DNA of 38,127 nt from a virus (IMGVR_UViG_3300012347_000587:1-38127); one strand, 5' to 3'; shown: positions 1-8,205, counted from the stretch's first letter. Numbers and translations: made by a program. Notes: generated by a model not told the origin, from the sequence alone.

Positions 1-294
1 GTCTAAGATAGCGGGATAACCAAATTCTAAGAGTAAATTTCGAATCAGGAAAAGGATTTCTTTTAGAGACGTTTTTTTATCCAATAACCGATTTTTCGCT
101 GCTAATTTCTTGTAAGCCATAAATAAAATCACACCATAAAAGGCAAAATATTCGGCAAAAGTGATTAAATAAGCTGTCGTCAAACCATCAAAGATTCGGT
201 TGAATTGCGAACTCGCCAATGCTGCCGATGTTGCAGCGATTTCGGCATATTTATACCGATCAAACCATTCTTTGAAATTGGATTTAGTGAACAT
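1..294 (-). CDS. Host hypothetical membrane protein (5' part; runs off the window)
   Basis: Manual translation from ATG 294: MFTKSNFKEWFDRYKYAEIAATSAAL...AYLITFAEYFAFYGVILFM...LLLEFGYPAILD, open to base 1, with hydrophobic stretches. Confidence 0.7.
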   Translation of the reverse strand, partial: MFTKSNFKEWFDRYKYAEIAATSAALASSQFNRIFDGLTTAYLITFAEYFAFYGVILFMAYKKLAAKNRLLDKKTSLKEILFLIRNLLLEFGYPAILD

Positions 295-318
295 TGGTAA
301 TTTTTTGATTATTGATGT

Positions 319-366
319 TTATAATCGAAAAAATGAAACCTACATAAATCCAAAATGAATTATGCA
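319..366 (+). repeat. Left phage end: terminal IR with two putative transposase-binding sites
   Basis: TTATAATCGAAAAAATGAAACCTACATAAA matches the reverse complement of 37771-37800 at 22/30; second site CCAAAATGAATTATGCA at 350-366. Confidence 0.6.
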
Positions 367-412
367 ATTTCGTGACAAATATATAATATTAATCAGTATT
401 TAAACATCATTT

Positions 413-436
413 AAAAAGCCCTTAATAGGGCTTTTA
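413..436. terminator. Intrinsic (probably bidirectional) terminator after the formyltransferase
   Basis: AAAAAGCCCT-TAAT-AGGGCTTTT hairpin adjacent to the stop codon at 437. Confidence 0.8.
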
Positions 437-1105
437 TTATGTACTCTTGCTACCGTTACGCTCCAACATCAATAAATCAGGTTTAAATATATCCTTGCCG
501 TCCGTGTTAGGCTCAAACGTGCTGTATTCCTTTTGCTGTGGGTTCTTGATAATAATACCCGCGTGAATATCATACAAAGCCTTTTCTAACAGCCTTAACC
601 CCATTGGCTGTAATTCGTGTTCCCACAATAGTTTTGCGGCCTTACGCGGCTCCATTGCGTACATTTTCGGGTCAATGAAACATATATCCTGGTACGCTAT
701 GTCGCCACGATCAATCCCGGAGTTAAGCCAAAACACTGTGCCGCCTGTTATAGCGTCACGCATACGAACCGCCCACTCAATAGAAGACCGGCCACGATGC
801 CGGGGCAACAAACTTGGATGATAACCTATCCAACCAATATTAGCCTTATATCTCGTCCGGGTGCCAATATAATCAAACGAATGCGCAGTTATACCCAAAT
901 CAATATTATCGGGCAATGTGCCCTCCTTTAACGTGCCCCCGGGTACAACTGGAATATCAAACAACTTAGCCATTTTCATCATGTGCCTATCGCCAAGCGG
1001 AGTGCACACTCCCACAATCTCAACAAACTCCAAACTATTGCACAACCTAAACACTTCTTGTCCAAAATACTTTGTGCCGCTTATAAAAACCCTTAATTTT
1101 TTCAT
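437..1105 (-). CDS. 10-formyl-THF-dependent formyltransferase/hydrolase (FMT core)
   Basis: YHPSLLPRHRG (HxSLLPxxxG) motif and GIDRGDI catalytic Asp. Confidence 0.9.
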   Translation of the reverse strand: MKKLRVFISGTKYFGQEVFRLCNSLEFVEIVGVCTPLGDRHMMKMAKLFDIPVVPGGTLKEGTLPDNIDLGITAHSFDYIGTRTRYKANIGWIGYHPSLLPRHRGRSSIEWAVRMRDAITGGTVFWLNSGIDRGDIAYQDICFIDPKMYAMEPRKAAKLLWEHELQPMGLRLLEKALYDIHAGIIIKNPQQKEYSTFEPNTDGKDIFKPDLLMLERNGSKST

Positions 1106-1629
1106 TTTCCTAAATATTTAAAACTTTGTACGGCTCGAAAGTGGCCTCCATAACCACACCCGGTTATTGTTCCTTTTTTACCTGTTTTCGTAATACTGGC
1201 GTTGCTCCTTGACTTATTCGCACCGTAAAGAATAGCATTAGTTTGCGTCCAAACGTCAGCGTTTCGCAAATAACCGCATAACTGTGGGTGTGAAGTATGA
1301 AAGAACGTGTGATACTTTCTTTGACAGCGGCCATTCCCTTCGAGGTGGTATTGCATAACCTCATTTAAAAATGCGGTTCCGACACCGGCACCTTGCCACT
1401 CCGGCATAACAACCAAGCGTGTGGCTCGATACGCGTTAGCAGTAAACATTGGACAAACTGCAACGTGCGCCACAAGTTCCCCATCTACAACGCCAACAAA
1501 ATACTCCGCTGCCGGTGGGTGTGGAAGGTCTAAATAATAATGCTCTTTAAACAACTTCCAATAAGTTCCGTTGACCTTCCAAACTTCAAGTTTGATGTCT
1601 GGCCGTTTCCCGATTTCAATTTTTTTTTT
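1102..1629 (-). CDS. GNAT acyltransferase domain, probably the C-terminal half of an ATPase-GNAT fusion (-1 frame)
   Basis: RLVVMPEWQGAGVG acyl-CoA-binding motif A; frame open from 1647 (KKIEIGKRPDIKLEVWKVNGTYWKLFKEHYY) with only a TTG at 1554 as first start. Confidence 0.8.
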   Translation of the reverse strand, partial: KKKIEIGKRPDIKLEVWKVNGTYWKLFKEHYYLDLPHPPAAEYFVGVVDGELVAHVAVCPMFTANAYRATRLVVMPEWQGAGVGTAFLNEVMQYHLEGNGRCQRKYHTFFHTSHPQLCGYLRNADVWTQTNAILYGANKSRSNASITKTGKKGTITGCGYGGHFRAVQSFKYLGK

Positions 1630-2225
1630 AATACTTTGGTATTTACATCATATACCCAGTCCGGTTGCAACCACTCAATAATATCATAGTGGCACGATAA
1701 CAAAACCACTTTCTTTCCTTTATTCCTTCGCCAGTTCTTAGCGAATGCCAACGCTCCAATTTTGGCAATCTGTCTATCCACTACGCTTGTGAATTCATCA
1801 ACAACGGCCTCGGTTGGTGCCTCGGTAACTAACCGAGCTAATCCCGCTCTAAATTGTTGGCCATTCGATAATGCATTGAATGGGCGTAACCAACTAGGCA
1901 CATCGCCAAGACCCACAGCGGCCAATGCTCCGGTGGCCGTATTGAAATCTCCCGATGGCAAAATGCAATCAATAATAGGCTTGGAACAATCCCAACCCGC
2001 GTATAAATCGTGAATTTTATTCTCTCCAAAAAACTGTTTTCCTATCGAGGTCTTACCAGAACCGGACGCGCCAACAATTAAACCAATTCACCAATCCAAA
2101 TCATCAATATCAATGTTGGCCTCAGTTTTGAAGCTTGAGCCGTCCTCGGCATTAAATAATGATTTTACTCTTTGCGCACGGTAACTTTCAAAGTTTCGTG
2201 TGCTGTTTTCTACTACTATTTTCAT
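1530..2225 (-). pseudogene. ABC-family ATPase without a membrane partner, interrupted by an in-frame TGA at 2088-2090 (pseudogene or readthrough)
   Basis: ATG 2225: MKIVVENS...DIDDLDW*IGLIVGASGSGKT (Walker A) ... LSNGQ (signature) ... VVDEFTS (Walker B) ... LSCH (H-loop), all in one frame. Confidence 0.75.
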
Positions 2226-2350
2226 GTGGTTACTACTTTTAATTTCATACCTTTTTTTTGGAGTTCCTCAAAGATTTTCTTTTGCTCCTCCTCGTTTTCA
2301 CAAATAACAATCACACCGTATTGTTGTTTGTATAAAAATTGCTTTGCCAT
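2222..2350 (-). CDS. 42-aa small protein, first gene of the ATPase/GNAT/formyltransferase operon
   Basis: MAKQFLYKQQYGVIVICENEEEQKKIFEELQKKGMKLKVVTT*; ATGA overlap with the ATPase start; below the ORF-track cutoff. Confidence 0.75.
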   Translation of the reverse strand: MAKQFLYKQQYGVIVICENEEEQKKIFEELQKKGMKLKVVTT

Positions 2351-2374
2351 ATTTATAAATTTAAGTTACATTTG
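2343..2374 (+). promoter_or_regulatory. Bacteroidota sigma-A promoter, antisense to the operon leader
   Basis: TTTG (2343-2346), 20 nt, TACATTTG (2367-2374), matching the TTTG-N19-21-TAnnTTTG consensus. Confidence 0.65.
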
Positions 2375-2376
2375 TC

Positions 2377-2478
2377 GTCTCACCTCATTACACACCAAAG
2401 CCCGAAAACTAGAGAAGACATGATATGTCCTCCGTAGCTTTCGGGCTCGTGTTTAAAAATGGGGTGAGATACTTTTTT
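2377..2478 (+). ncRNA. Candidate ~100-nt long-hairpin small RNA
   Basis: Nested stems TCTCACCTCATT/AATGGGGTGAGA, ACAC/GTGT, AGCCCGAAA/TTTCGGGCT, GACAT/ATGTC; starts right after the promoter and is followed by T6. Confidence 0.55.
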
Positions 2479-2489
2479 AAAGCGGGGGA

Positions 2490-2624
2490 CTATTTTTTAT
2501 TCCCGTCCTCCTGAGAAATTTCCTTAACCGTGGGCAGCACTCCAATATGATTAATATTTAACAACGTATAAGTGCCATATCGCTTTAGCCAAGTTCTACC
2601 ATATTTATCTCTTAACAACTTCAT
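2490..2624 (-). CDS. 44-aa hypothetical protein
   Basis: TAATG overlap with the tail fibre stop; MKLLRDKYGRTWLKRYGTY...EDGNKK*. Confidence 0.4.
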   Translation of the reverse strand: MKLLRDKYGRTWLKRYGTYTLLNINHIGVLPTVKEISQEDGNKK

Positions 2625-5600
2625 TAACTATCTACATTTACATTATTTGTGGCGGCGCTTAAACTTCCTGAAAGAGCAACTTTTCCCGCATTTTGAACCC
2701 AATAAAAAATATTATTTTTTACTACAGACACTCCTGTATATCCTGTACTAATTCTATCTTCATATACTGCATATTCGGCAGTAGAGCCTCCTAAAGCACT
2801 TCCAATATAGTTTCCAAAAATGTGATTCTTATTTCCTTTCAAAATATAGATTCCAACGCGATTTCCAGAATTCAATGATTTCCCAAAATCAATAATATTA
2901 TTATTTGAAATCATAGTGTTTTCAGCGTAACCACTTGCGTCTCCTATAATTCCAATGCCATTGCCATTTTGCTCATTAATAGCATTATTGGTAATTTTAC
3001 AAGCAACACCACTTAAAACAGACATAGAATTATAGGGAATTCCGGCTTTGTCATTCCTAACAAAAGTATTGGAAGATATATTGCTGTGAAATGCTTTTAT
3101 AGCAAATCCACCTGTTTTAACGACATAAGTAGTTCCATTGACCACGACGGTTTCAACACCATTATTATCTGCAAAAACACAGTTTGTAATATTTGGGTAA
3201 ATTCCTCCATTAATTAATGCACCGAGTGCGTTCCATTGAAAAGAGGAATGAGAAATATTGCAAGCATCGGGATTGTTAGCAAACAATCCTATACCACAAT
3301 CTGTCACATTTACATTGTGAATCAGTAACACGTCTGTAGTCGTTTTGCAGTAAATACCAATTTTAGTTGAAATGTCTTTTCCAAATCCTTGCAATAGAAA
3401 GTCACTAAATTTAATTCCACGTAATTTTATCGTTGAATCTATTTTCATAACATCAATATCAGAAGAAGCTCTAAGAGTAGTAATTCCTTCTAAATCGCCA
3501 TAAAGATTACCTGTGTTTCGACCTGCTAAACCCGTACCCTCTCCAATTAACGTAATAGCTTTATCAATTACAATTGTATTTGCAATATAGAATCGTCCTC
3601 CGCTAAGTTGAATTTTCCCTCCTCTAGTCGAAATTGATTGTATTGCCGCATTAATTTGAACATCGTCATCGACTCCATCGCAAATATAATGGCACCTGTT
3701 TTTAACATCTGCCGAAGCATCTACAGAAGCAATAGTTATAATTGGCGATAATGCCTGTTGTTGTTTAATTCCTGTATTCGCCCAAGCTGTTCCGTTGTAT
3801 GAATAGACAAAACCTTCATCAATTACCATCACAGCCCATCCATTAGAAGGTGTTGGATAAGTAGAAGCTAAAGCTGTAAATGTAGCTACAGGTGTTTTAT
3901 AAACAAGACCAGTGCTAATAGCGTTTATTTGATTTACTAGTGTATTATTTGCAGCTACAGCCGCATTAGACAATGGTTTAGTTAAATCAGGTGTATTGTC
4001 AACGTTTCCTAATCCAATCTGTGTTTTTGTCACTTGATGTGGATTGTTATAATCAACGAAGTGCGGCTTTACAAATGTGTTTTGTTCTCGAAGTCTAATA
4101 TTTATAGATGTATTGATGTTATCTACATAAAAATTATCAGTACTCAATAATTTAGAAAAATCCAATACTCCAAAAACTCTAATTTTACCATCTGAGCTAC
4201 TAAAATCAAATGATGTTGGTACTGTTGGAATTACCGTAAGTCGCGGCATTGTAAACGTTGTATTTTTCGTGTAATTTTTTACAACAAAATGATAATTATT
4301 TGTAGATACATTGGTCAAAGATATTATTCTAATATCATCATTTAACAATGAAGTATCTACCCAAATTTCTATGGCTTTAATTTTAGAAATAGCTTGCTTC
4401 ATTCTGTAATCCAAACTATTGTAATTCATTATACCAAAGTCATTTGACAACAATAAATCATAATTTTCTGTATCTTGATTTAATTTTAAAAAAGATGTTG
4501 CTTTTACTTTCAAACATAAAGTATCAACAGTTTCTACAAATGAAAAATTAGTTGGGATTTTTGTTAAATCAAGTGTTCCAATTACTTTAAATTCACCAGA
4601 ACCTGAAATTAAGTTTATTGTCTTAATTTCATTTTTCGAACCAGTATTGACATAAGTAAGGGTAATGTTAGACCCAAAATCTTTTATGACAAGTGCTGTA
4701 TTATCAGATGTTAAATTAGAAATTCTAGTAACTCTCACATTTGAAGCATCGACTAAGTCGTCTCTAAGGTAAACTTTCAAATCTAAAATAGCGGAGGCGG
4801 CTTTTATATTTAGTTCGCTCACCAAAAAAGGCTCTATATTTTCAAATTTTAAGTTAAACAACTTTTCTTTGACAATATTTTTGTTTAAAATAATAATGTC
4901 ATTTCTATATAAATCAAATTCTTTATCATTCGCTAAAGATTCTTTTATTGAAATCCCACCATTTGTTCCTTCTGAAATATATTGCTCGTTCAGTTTATCC
5001 CAGTCAAAATCTAATATTAATTCTGAGCCATAAAAAGCATCACTTACTGTTGTGTTTTTTAAATAATAAACAAACTTATTACCTAAAGTTGACGGTATAG
5101 CAATCCACCATCTTACTGTTGTCGATGGAACTCCAGATATATATTGGTAAATTCTAATGTCATAATTAGCAGGTTTACGAATTACAGTAACTCTCAAATC
5201 CGTTCCTTTTAACGTATCATTCGGCAATAATTTAATTCTATTGATAGAATCGATTGCCTTATTATCTAAAGTTGTGTAGGTTCTTCCGGACTCAATAAGT
5301 AGTTTTTTTGAGTCAAAATTAATCTTAGTAAAATCAACATTTTTAGCGTACTCCGCCAAACTAAAAGTCGTAGCGCTAACCGTCCAAGCCCCTCCAACTC
5401 TCGATAAAAATGCAATGGAATTAACCGGTACAACCATACCACCACAATTAGCATACGTACCCGCAGCGGCAGCAAAACCGTGAACGTTTATAGTTGCCGG
5501 AATAGTTGAGCTAGGTGTGATAGACCCTAAAAGTGTAGACTCGACAGTAGCTCCTAAAATTTGCTCGCCAACCCAAGTTCGCAAAGCACCAAATAATCCC

Positions 5601-5809
5601 GCGTGTGCATTCTCAGCACCAGTGTGCGAGATAAATTCCTCATTGCTTGCCTTGGCAGCCAATAAAGTCGCAAGCCCGTCAATATCCGTCGCAGCTACTT
5701 TATCGTTCTTGTGACGAAAAGAGTCAAACATATCATAGAACTGTTGTTGCGTTGGAATTAAATTGGTTTTAAACCAGTTTTTTATATCGGTCAAAGATGT
5801 TAAGGCCAT
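2624..5809 (-). CDS. Tail fibre/tailspike with C-terminal pectin-lyase-like beta-helix (putative depolymerase)
   Basis: N-terminal KNWFKTNLIPTQQQF motif of Bacteroidota phage fibres; NNPHQVTKTQIGLGNVDNT fibre motif; CDGVDDDVQINAAI..GGKIQLSGGRF beta-helix cap followed by Asn-ladder repeats; position after baseplate. Confidence 0.85.
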   Translation of the reverse strand: MALTSLTDIKNWFKTNLIPTQQQFYDMFDSFRHKNDKVAATDIDGLATLLAAKASNEEFISHTGAENAHAGLFGALRTWVGEQILGATVESTLLGSITPSSTIPATINVHGFAAAAGTYANCGGMVVPVNSIAFLSRVGGAWTVSATTFSLAEYAKNVDFTKINFDSKKLLIESGRTYTTLDNKAIDSINRIKLLPNDTLKGTDLRVTVIRKPANYDIRIYQYISGVPSTTVRWWIAIPSTLGNKFVYYLKNTTVSDAFYGSELILDFDWDKLNEQYISEGTNGGISIKESLANDKEFDLYRNDIIILNKNIVKEKLFNLKFENIEPFLVSELNIKAASAILDLKVYLRDDLVDASNVRVTRISNLTSDNTALVIKDFGSNITLTYVNTGSKNEIKTINLISGSGEFKVIGTLDLTKIPTNFSFVETVDTLCLKVKATSFLKLNQDTENYDLLLSNDFGIMNYNSLDYRMKQAISKIKAIEIWVDTSLLNDDIRIISLTNVSTNNYHFVVKNYTKNTTFTMPRLTVIPTVPTSFDFSSSDGKIRVFGVLDFSKLLSTDNFYVDNINTSINIRLREQNTFVKPHFVDYNNPHQVTKTQIGLGNVDNTPDLTKPLSNAAVAANNTLVNQINAISTGLVYKTPVATFTALASTYPTPSNGWAVMVIDEGFVYSYNGTAWANTGIKQQQALSPIITIASVDASADVKNRCHYICDGVDDDVQINAAIQSISTRGGKIQLSGGRFYIANTIVIDKAITLIGEGTGLAGRNTGNLYGDLEGITTLRASSDIDVMKIDSTIKLRGIKFSDFLLQGFGKDISTKIGIYCKTTTDVLLIHNVNVTDCGIGLFANNPDACNISHSSFQWNALGALINGGIYPNITNCVFADNNGVETVVVNGTTYVVKTGGFAIKAFHSNISSNTFVRNDKAGIPYNSMSVLSGVACKITNNAINEQNGNGIGIIGDASGYAENTMISNNNIIDFGKSLNSGNRVGIYILKGNKNHIFGNYIGSALGGSTAEYAVYEDRISTGYTGVSVVKNNIFYWVQNAGKVALSGSLSAATNNVNVDS

Positions 5810-5822
5810 AATGTATATCTAT

Positions 5823-6599
5823 TTATAGTTCGATTAATGCGTATTTAAATTGTAAATCTTGTGCAGCCGCTGCAACCTCTCGTAATAAAAGCGAGAACCC
5901 TGTGGCCGTTTGGTTCTTAATAGTCCAAACGACGTCATTATCCTGATCGTAGTCCGCTCCAAGCGAAACGAGAGAACCAACAACTACATAGCTTGCCGTT
6001 CCCACCGTTGGAAAAGTAACGGCCAATGTAGCATCGCCCGCAGGATTACCCACCGGAGCAGAGCCTTTATATAAAAAAGGACTTGAAATATCCGGTTTAT
6101 TTAGCAACTGTGTCACTCCGCTCGTAGCGTTCCAGTCTGTAGGTTCTTGAACTTTAGCGTCTCGATCAATAGTGTCTAATTTATCTATAATAGTCGCAAA
6201 GGTTTCGGCTATTCCAGCAAACAATTCCGCTAAATCTTTCGTCGGAATTGGTCTTTTAAAATCAGCCCACGGATAACTAACCGCTGCTATTCCAAAAGTG
6301 GCGTGGCGTTCATAAATAACATCCCTTGTATTTAAATCTTCAAATTCTTTGGCCGTAACAACTTCGACTATTTTAACATTGGCTCCAACCGTGCCTCCAA
6401 CGAATGGCAAAAGTTCGCCATTGATATAAACAAAACCGTCGGCTGCCGTAACTCCGGTAACCTCACAACCGGATATAATAGAAAAATTACCCGCGATAGA
6501 TCCAAGCACGTTGAAAATTTCATAGGCTTTTTGCATCTCATCGAGTATGTCAGTTTCAACTCGAAAACCGCCGCTTTGGTTAAAATTTAATGTGTTCAT
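5823..6599 (-). CDS. Tail/baseplate-associated fibre protein
   Basis: Position between wedge genes and fibre; C-terminal VTFP...YVVVGS...TATGFS beta-sandwich typical of fibre tips. Confidence 0.6.
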   Translation of the reverse strand: MNTLNFNQSGGFRVETDILDEMQKAYEIFNVLGSIAGNFSIISGCEVTGVTAADGFVYINGELLPFVGGTVGANVKIVEVVTAKEFEDLNTRDVIYERHATFGIAAVSYPWADFKRPIPTKDLAELFAGIAETFATIIDKLDTIDRDAKVQEPTDWNATSGVTQLLNKPDISSPFLYKGSAPVGNPAGDATLAVTFPTVGTASYVVVGSLVSLGADYDQDNDVVWTIKNQTATGFSLLLREVAAAAQDLQFKYALIEL

Positions 6600-7060
6600 G
6601 TTGGTATGATTTGGTAGCGTTTCGACGCTAATTTGTATTTAATAATTAAGGCATTCAATTCATTTATTTTAGTGTCAATGACATCCTGTGGAGCGTGAAC
6701 AATAAAATCATAACCCGTATTCAAAAACTCTGAATTTTGATAAATAACTAATCGTCCAAGAAACTTTGGCTTATTTTCAGCCGGTGTATAAATGTATGTG
6801 GCGGGATAAGCGTTTCCATCACTTATAAAAATGCGTCTCGAACCTTCGTCTAATTTATCATTAAAAACATTACGCAAAGAGTAAACCTGTCCAGTATGAT
6901 TAAGCGAATACCAATCGTCCGACCGTTTTTGAAGCCATTCAGCATGCAAAGTTTCAAGTGGCACCAGGAGCGATTGTAAATAGGCAGTAAGTATTGGTTT
7001 CCTTAGAAAACTAGGAATCATCAACACAGCCAACTTATTAAAATCGATGTTATACCACAT
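6596..7060 (-). CDS. Baseplate wedge subunit (Mu gp48/P2 gpI analogue)
   Basis: Synteny after the baseplate J-like gene; ends KYKLASKRY. Confidence 0.6.
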   Translation of the reverse strand: MWYNIDFNKLAVLMIPSFLRKPILTAYLQSLLVPLETLHAEWLQKRSDDWYSLNHTGQVYSLRNVFNDKLDEGSRRIFISDGNAYPATYIYTPAENKPKFLGRLVIYQNSEFLNTGYDFIVHAPQDVIDTKINELNALIIKYKLASKRYQIIPT

Positions 7061-7916
7061 AGGTTATACTGCTAAAATTTCCACTTTCAAAAACTCCTAC
7101 ATTCAAACTTCCCACTTCAAAATAGCCACTTCTAGGAATGGTTCTCACATTGACAACCGCAAACTCACTAAAACCAATTACAGCATCGTAGTGACTGGCT
7201 GTGGCTGTAACAATATTTACATTGTTCACACCGTCAACCGTTCTAAGACTAGCAATCAAATCATTCAGAACCAACTCACCATCGAAGGGTAAATTTTTCA
7301 TATACAATTTTATAGCGTCTTCAATTGGCTTGCCTCCGTTCTTGATGCTCGTACCGTTTTCATCAATTACCAAAACATCTCTATAAACATCCATTGCCAA
7401 AATCAAACGATCGGCGGGATTGTTCAAAATGTTAAGTCCAACACCCGCATATTTTATTTCCTGCATATATTCAGAGAAACTTTCAAGTTGTGGAGCTGTC
7501 AGCGGCACAAGAAAATCACCATCGTCACCGGCAACTTTTATTGTCAATTTATTGCTTTCCAAACTTTCTTTTACTGAGCAATATTTAATGATTTTCGAAG
7601 CTTCAATTTCTTCAGTAGTGAAATCAGTATTTTCAAACTGGTCACTATCATAAATCAAATCAAAGCCATATTGAAAAGCTAAAGCCATTTTTCTATACCA
7701 ACGTGGCGTGCCTGATTTTTGTTCCAGGATTGCGGTGTCTATTTGGGTTTTGTGGGTGTCGAATAAAACTTCTACCATCCAAATTGCATAAGAAATCACA
7801 AAAACAAACAACCGATAAATTGACACTTTACTTGTGGAGTTAAGCGTCGCTAAATCAGGATTCGAAGTAATAGATTCGAATATTGTATTTTGAATTTCTG
7901 TTATTGATCTAGCCAT
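7050..7916 (-). CDS. Baseplate J-like wedge protein
   Basis: MARSITEIQ start, GTPRWY motif, LRTVDGV C-terminal motif; synteny. Confidence 0.7.
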   Translation of the reverse strand: MARSITEIQNTIFESITSNPDLATLNSTSKVSIYRLFVFVISYAIWMVEVLFDTHKTQIDTAILEQKSGTPRWYRKMALAFQYGFDLIYDSDQFENTDFTTEEIEASKIIKYCSVKESLESNKLTIKVAGDDGDFLVPLTAPQLESFSEYMQEIKYAGVGLNILNNPADRLILAMDVYRDVLVIDENGTSIKNGGKPIEDAIKLYMKNLPFDGELVLNDLIASLRTVDGVNNVNIVTATASHYDAVIGFSEFAVVNVRTIPRSGYFEVGSLNVGVFESGNFSSITYVV

Positions 7917-7917
7917 T

Positions 7918-8205
7918 TTATCCTATTTTAAAATTTAATCCAATTTGCATGTAACCTATTCCAAGTCCGGGAGGAACCGGCGGGCGTTTTGTTCCGGTGG
8001 CGATTAGTTGTTTTTTGTTTTTAAAATAATTGGTTACATCCGTATTTTTAAAATTAGAGTCTGCCGCGGTTACGGTTTGTCCGGGTTCCAAGTCATCTGT
8101 TATTGAAAGTCCGTTTTTAACCGCCCATTCAAAGGCAGCCATAACGCTTCCGCTTTCCTGAATAGCGAGGTCTAATACCGATTGATTATCAATTATGTAT
8201 ATCAT
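7918..8205 (-). CDS. LysM-like tail protein X analogue
   Basis: QSVLDLAIQESGS...AVKNGLSITDDLEPGQ LysM-like pattern. Confidence 0.7.
   Translation of the reverse strand: MIYIIDNQSVLDLAIQESGSVMAAFEWAVKNGLSITDDLEPGQTVTAADSNFKNTDVTNYFKNKKQLIATGTKRPPVPPGLGIGYMQIGLNFKIG

Noticed and set aside
1-70. Possible frameshift in the left host gene
   Set aside because: Recount of the homopolymer shows the frame is continuous to base 1
437-1105. Housekeeping fmt gene
   Set aside because: Only 222 aa, lacks the C-terminal tRNA-binding domain and the motif Asn, and lies inside the prophage
1530-1961. ABC transporter ATP-binding subunit starting at TTG 1961
   Set aside because: Walker A lies upstream of that start; no permease; the frame links to the GNAT
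2088-2090. Selenocysteine codon or genome-wide TGA reassignment
   Set aside because: Position is not a plausible catalytic Cys; TGA serves as a normal stop in coupled overlaps elsewhere (e.g. 2222-2224)
2624-6599. Invertible tail-fibre cassette or diversity-generating retroelement
   Set aside because: No invertase, no reverse transcriptase, no inverted second fibre end or template repeat seen
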